Shown here one piece after another: positions 63,101 to 64,000 of a stretch of 64,000 bases of DNA. The translations under genes were made by a program, and so were the position numbers. This DNA is from Lingula anatina (Eukaryota > Animalia > Brachiopoda): assembly GCA_051362555.1 (NCBI GenBank), contig CM120643.1, positions 5,642,001 to 5,706,000 on the forward strand, read 5' to 3'. The stretch's first letter is position 1; each line of letters starts with the position of its first letter. Below the pieces are notes generated by a model. That model worked only from the letters and a program-made list of their open reading frames with translations. It did not search any database and was not told the origin of the DNA.

Positions 63101-64000
63101 CAATATATTTGGGAAAACTGAAATTTACATTGAAAAGATTGGCAAATCCGAGGACTTAAAATAGTTAAACGTTAATAATTTTGACAAATCTTATCAAATA
63201 TTTCTGAAATTTGTACAAATGATGCTTAACAACAATAAAAATCTGTGATAAGCTGATCAGTTGGCTGTATCAAATGAAATGTGATTTTTGGGACAACAAG
63301 TTTGGGAAAAGTGAAATTTACATTGAAAAGACTGGCAAAACCCAGGACTTGAAATAGTTAAATGTTAATAATTTTGACAAATCTTGTCTAATATTTCTGA
63401 AATTTGCACAAATGATGCTTAACAACAATATAAATCTGTGATAAGCTGCTCAGTTGACTGTGTCTAATGAAAAGTATCTTCTTCTGACAATATCTTTGAA
63501 AAAACTAAAAATTACACTGAAAACACTGGCAAATTACATGGCTTAAAATAGATAAATGTTAATAATTTTGCAAAGTGATTATAAAATAAAATAGCAAATG
63601 TGATGACTTGAGGTTGTTTGTGTAAAAGGTTGCAAATTACCTATAACTGTTATCTGGAAAACAATATATACCCTTACAAGACATATCCTTACTACCAATG
63701 CCAGATGCAGATTACTCCTCACAATGGGTTTCTGGAATGGGTTGTTGTTATCCCAATATTTGACAATGTCCTAAATCTTGCCACATGTCATGTATTGTAC
63801 ACATGGATAAGACATAGTGCTGCTCTTGGTGCTGTCTTTCACTGCCTGCTTCTTCATGGTAAGGGTACTCTGGAAAAAGAATAATATAACTGAAATAACT
63901 AAAATATTACATTGGAAAGACTGGCAAATTCAAGGACTTAAAATAGTTAAACATTAATAATTTTGTCAAATCTAGTCCATTATTTCTGAAATTTGCACAA
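60187..64000. repeat. Second array of the same ~192-bp satellite family, organised as a 1363-bp higher-order repeat; runs off the window end
   Basis: It shares the core AAAATAGTTAAA(C/T)GTTAATAATTTTG(T/A)CAAATCT with array 1. AGGTTGCAAATTACC and the cassette donors recur every 1363 bp (60915, 62278, 63641). Confidence 0.96.
60915..61143 (-). other. Exon-like cassette in array 2 (229 nt; also 62278-62506, 63641-63869 and a partial copy at ~60268-60371), homologous to the array-1 cassette
   Basis: ttctttttccag|AGTACCC...GCAGGCAGTGAAAGACAGCA...TTCCAGAAACCCATTGTAA...GTTATAG|gtaatttgc. It has stops in all three frames. Confidence 0.65.

Noticed and set aside
63618-63884. Plus-strand ORFs across the cassette (also 5140-5472 and 32079-32282)
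   Set aside because: They are antisense to the splice signals, not conserved in frame between the arrays and show no recognisable motif.

Overview
AT-rich animal genomic DNA with spliceosomal introns; probably a marine invertebrate or lophotrochozoan, inferred from the repeat and protein families. About half the window is two related arrays of a ~192-bp satellite (4.7-32.3 kb and 60.2-64 kb). Both arrays repeatedly carry a non-coding, splice-site-flanked exon-like cassette on the minus strand. In the first array most cassettes are also accompanied by a ~62-nt hairpin. On the minus strand, each array is followed by orphan 3' pieces of a conserved gene: the terminal exon of DGAT1 (3730-3894) and a collapsed, stop-containing LRP1-like pseudogene with YWTD, TM and NPxY exons (57.9-59.4 kb). 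Between the arrays lie a DEDDh-exonuclease relic, a TIR-bounded hAT (ZNF862-like) transposon with an intron-containing dead transposase, a Helentron-type HINE with an internal ~145-bp tandem repeat, several MITEs and a decayed plus-strand exon chain. The only apparently intact gene is a 3-exon plus-strand gene (51414-55147, 758 aa) with a signal peptide, an 8-aa mucin repeat, a somatomedin-B-like/Cys-rich ectodomain and a probable GPI signal. All calls were made by eye from the sequence; no database search or folding program was run.
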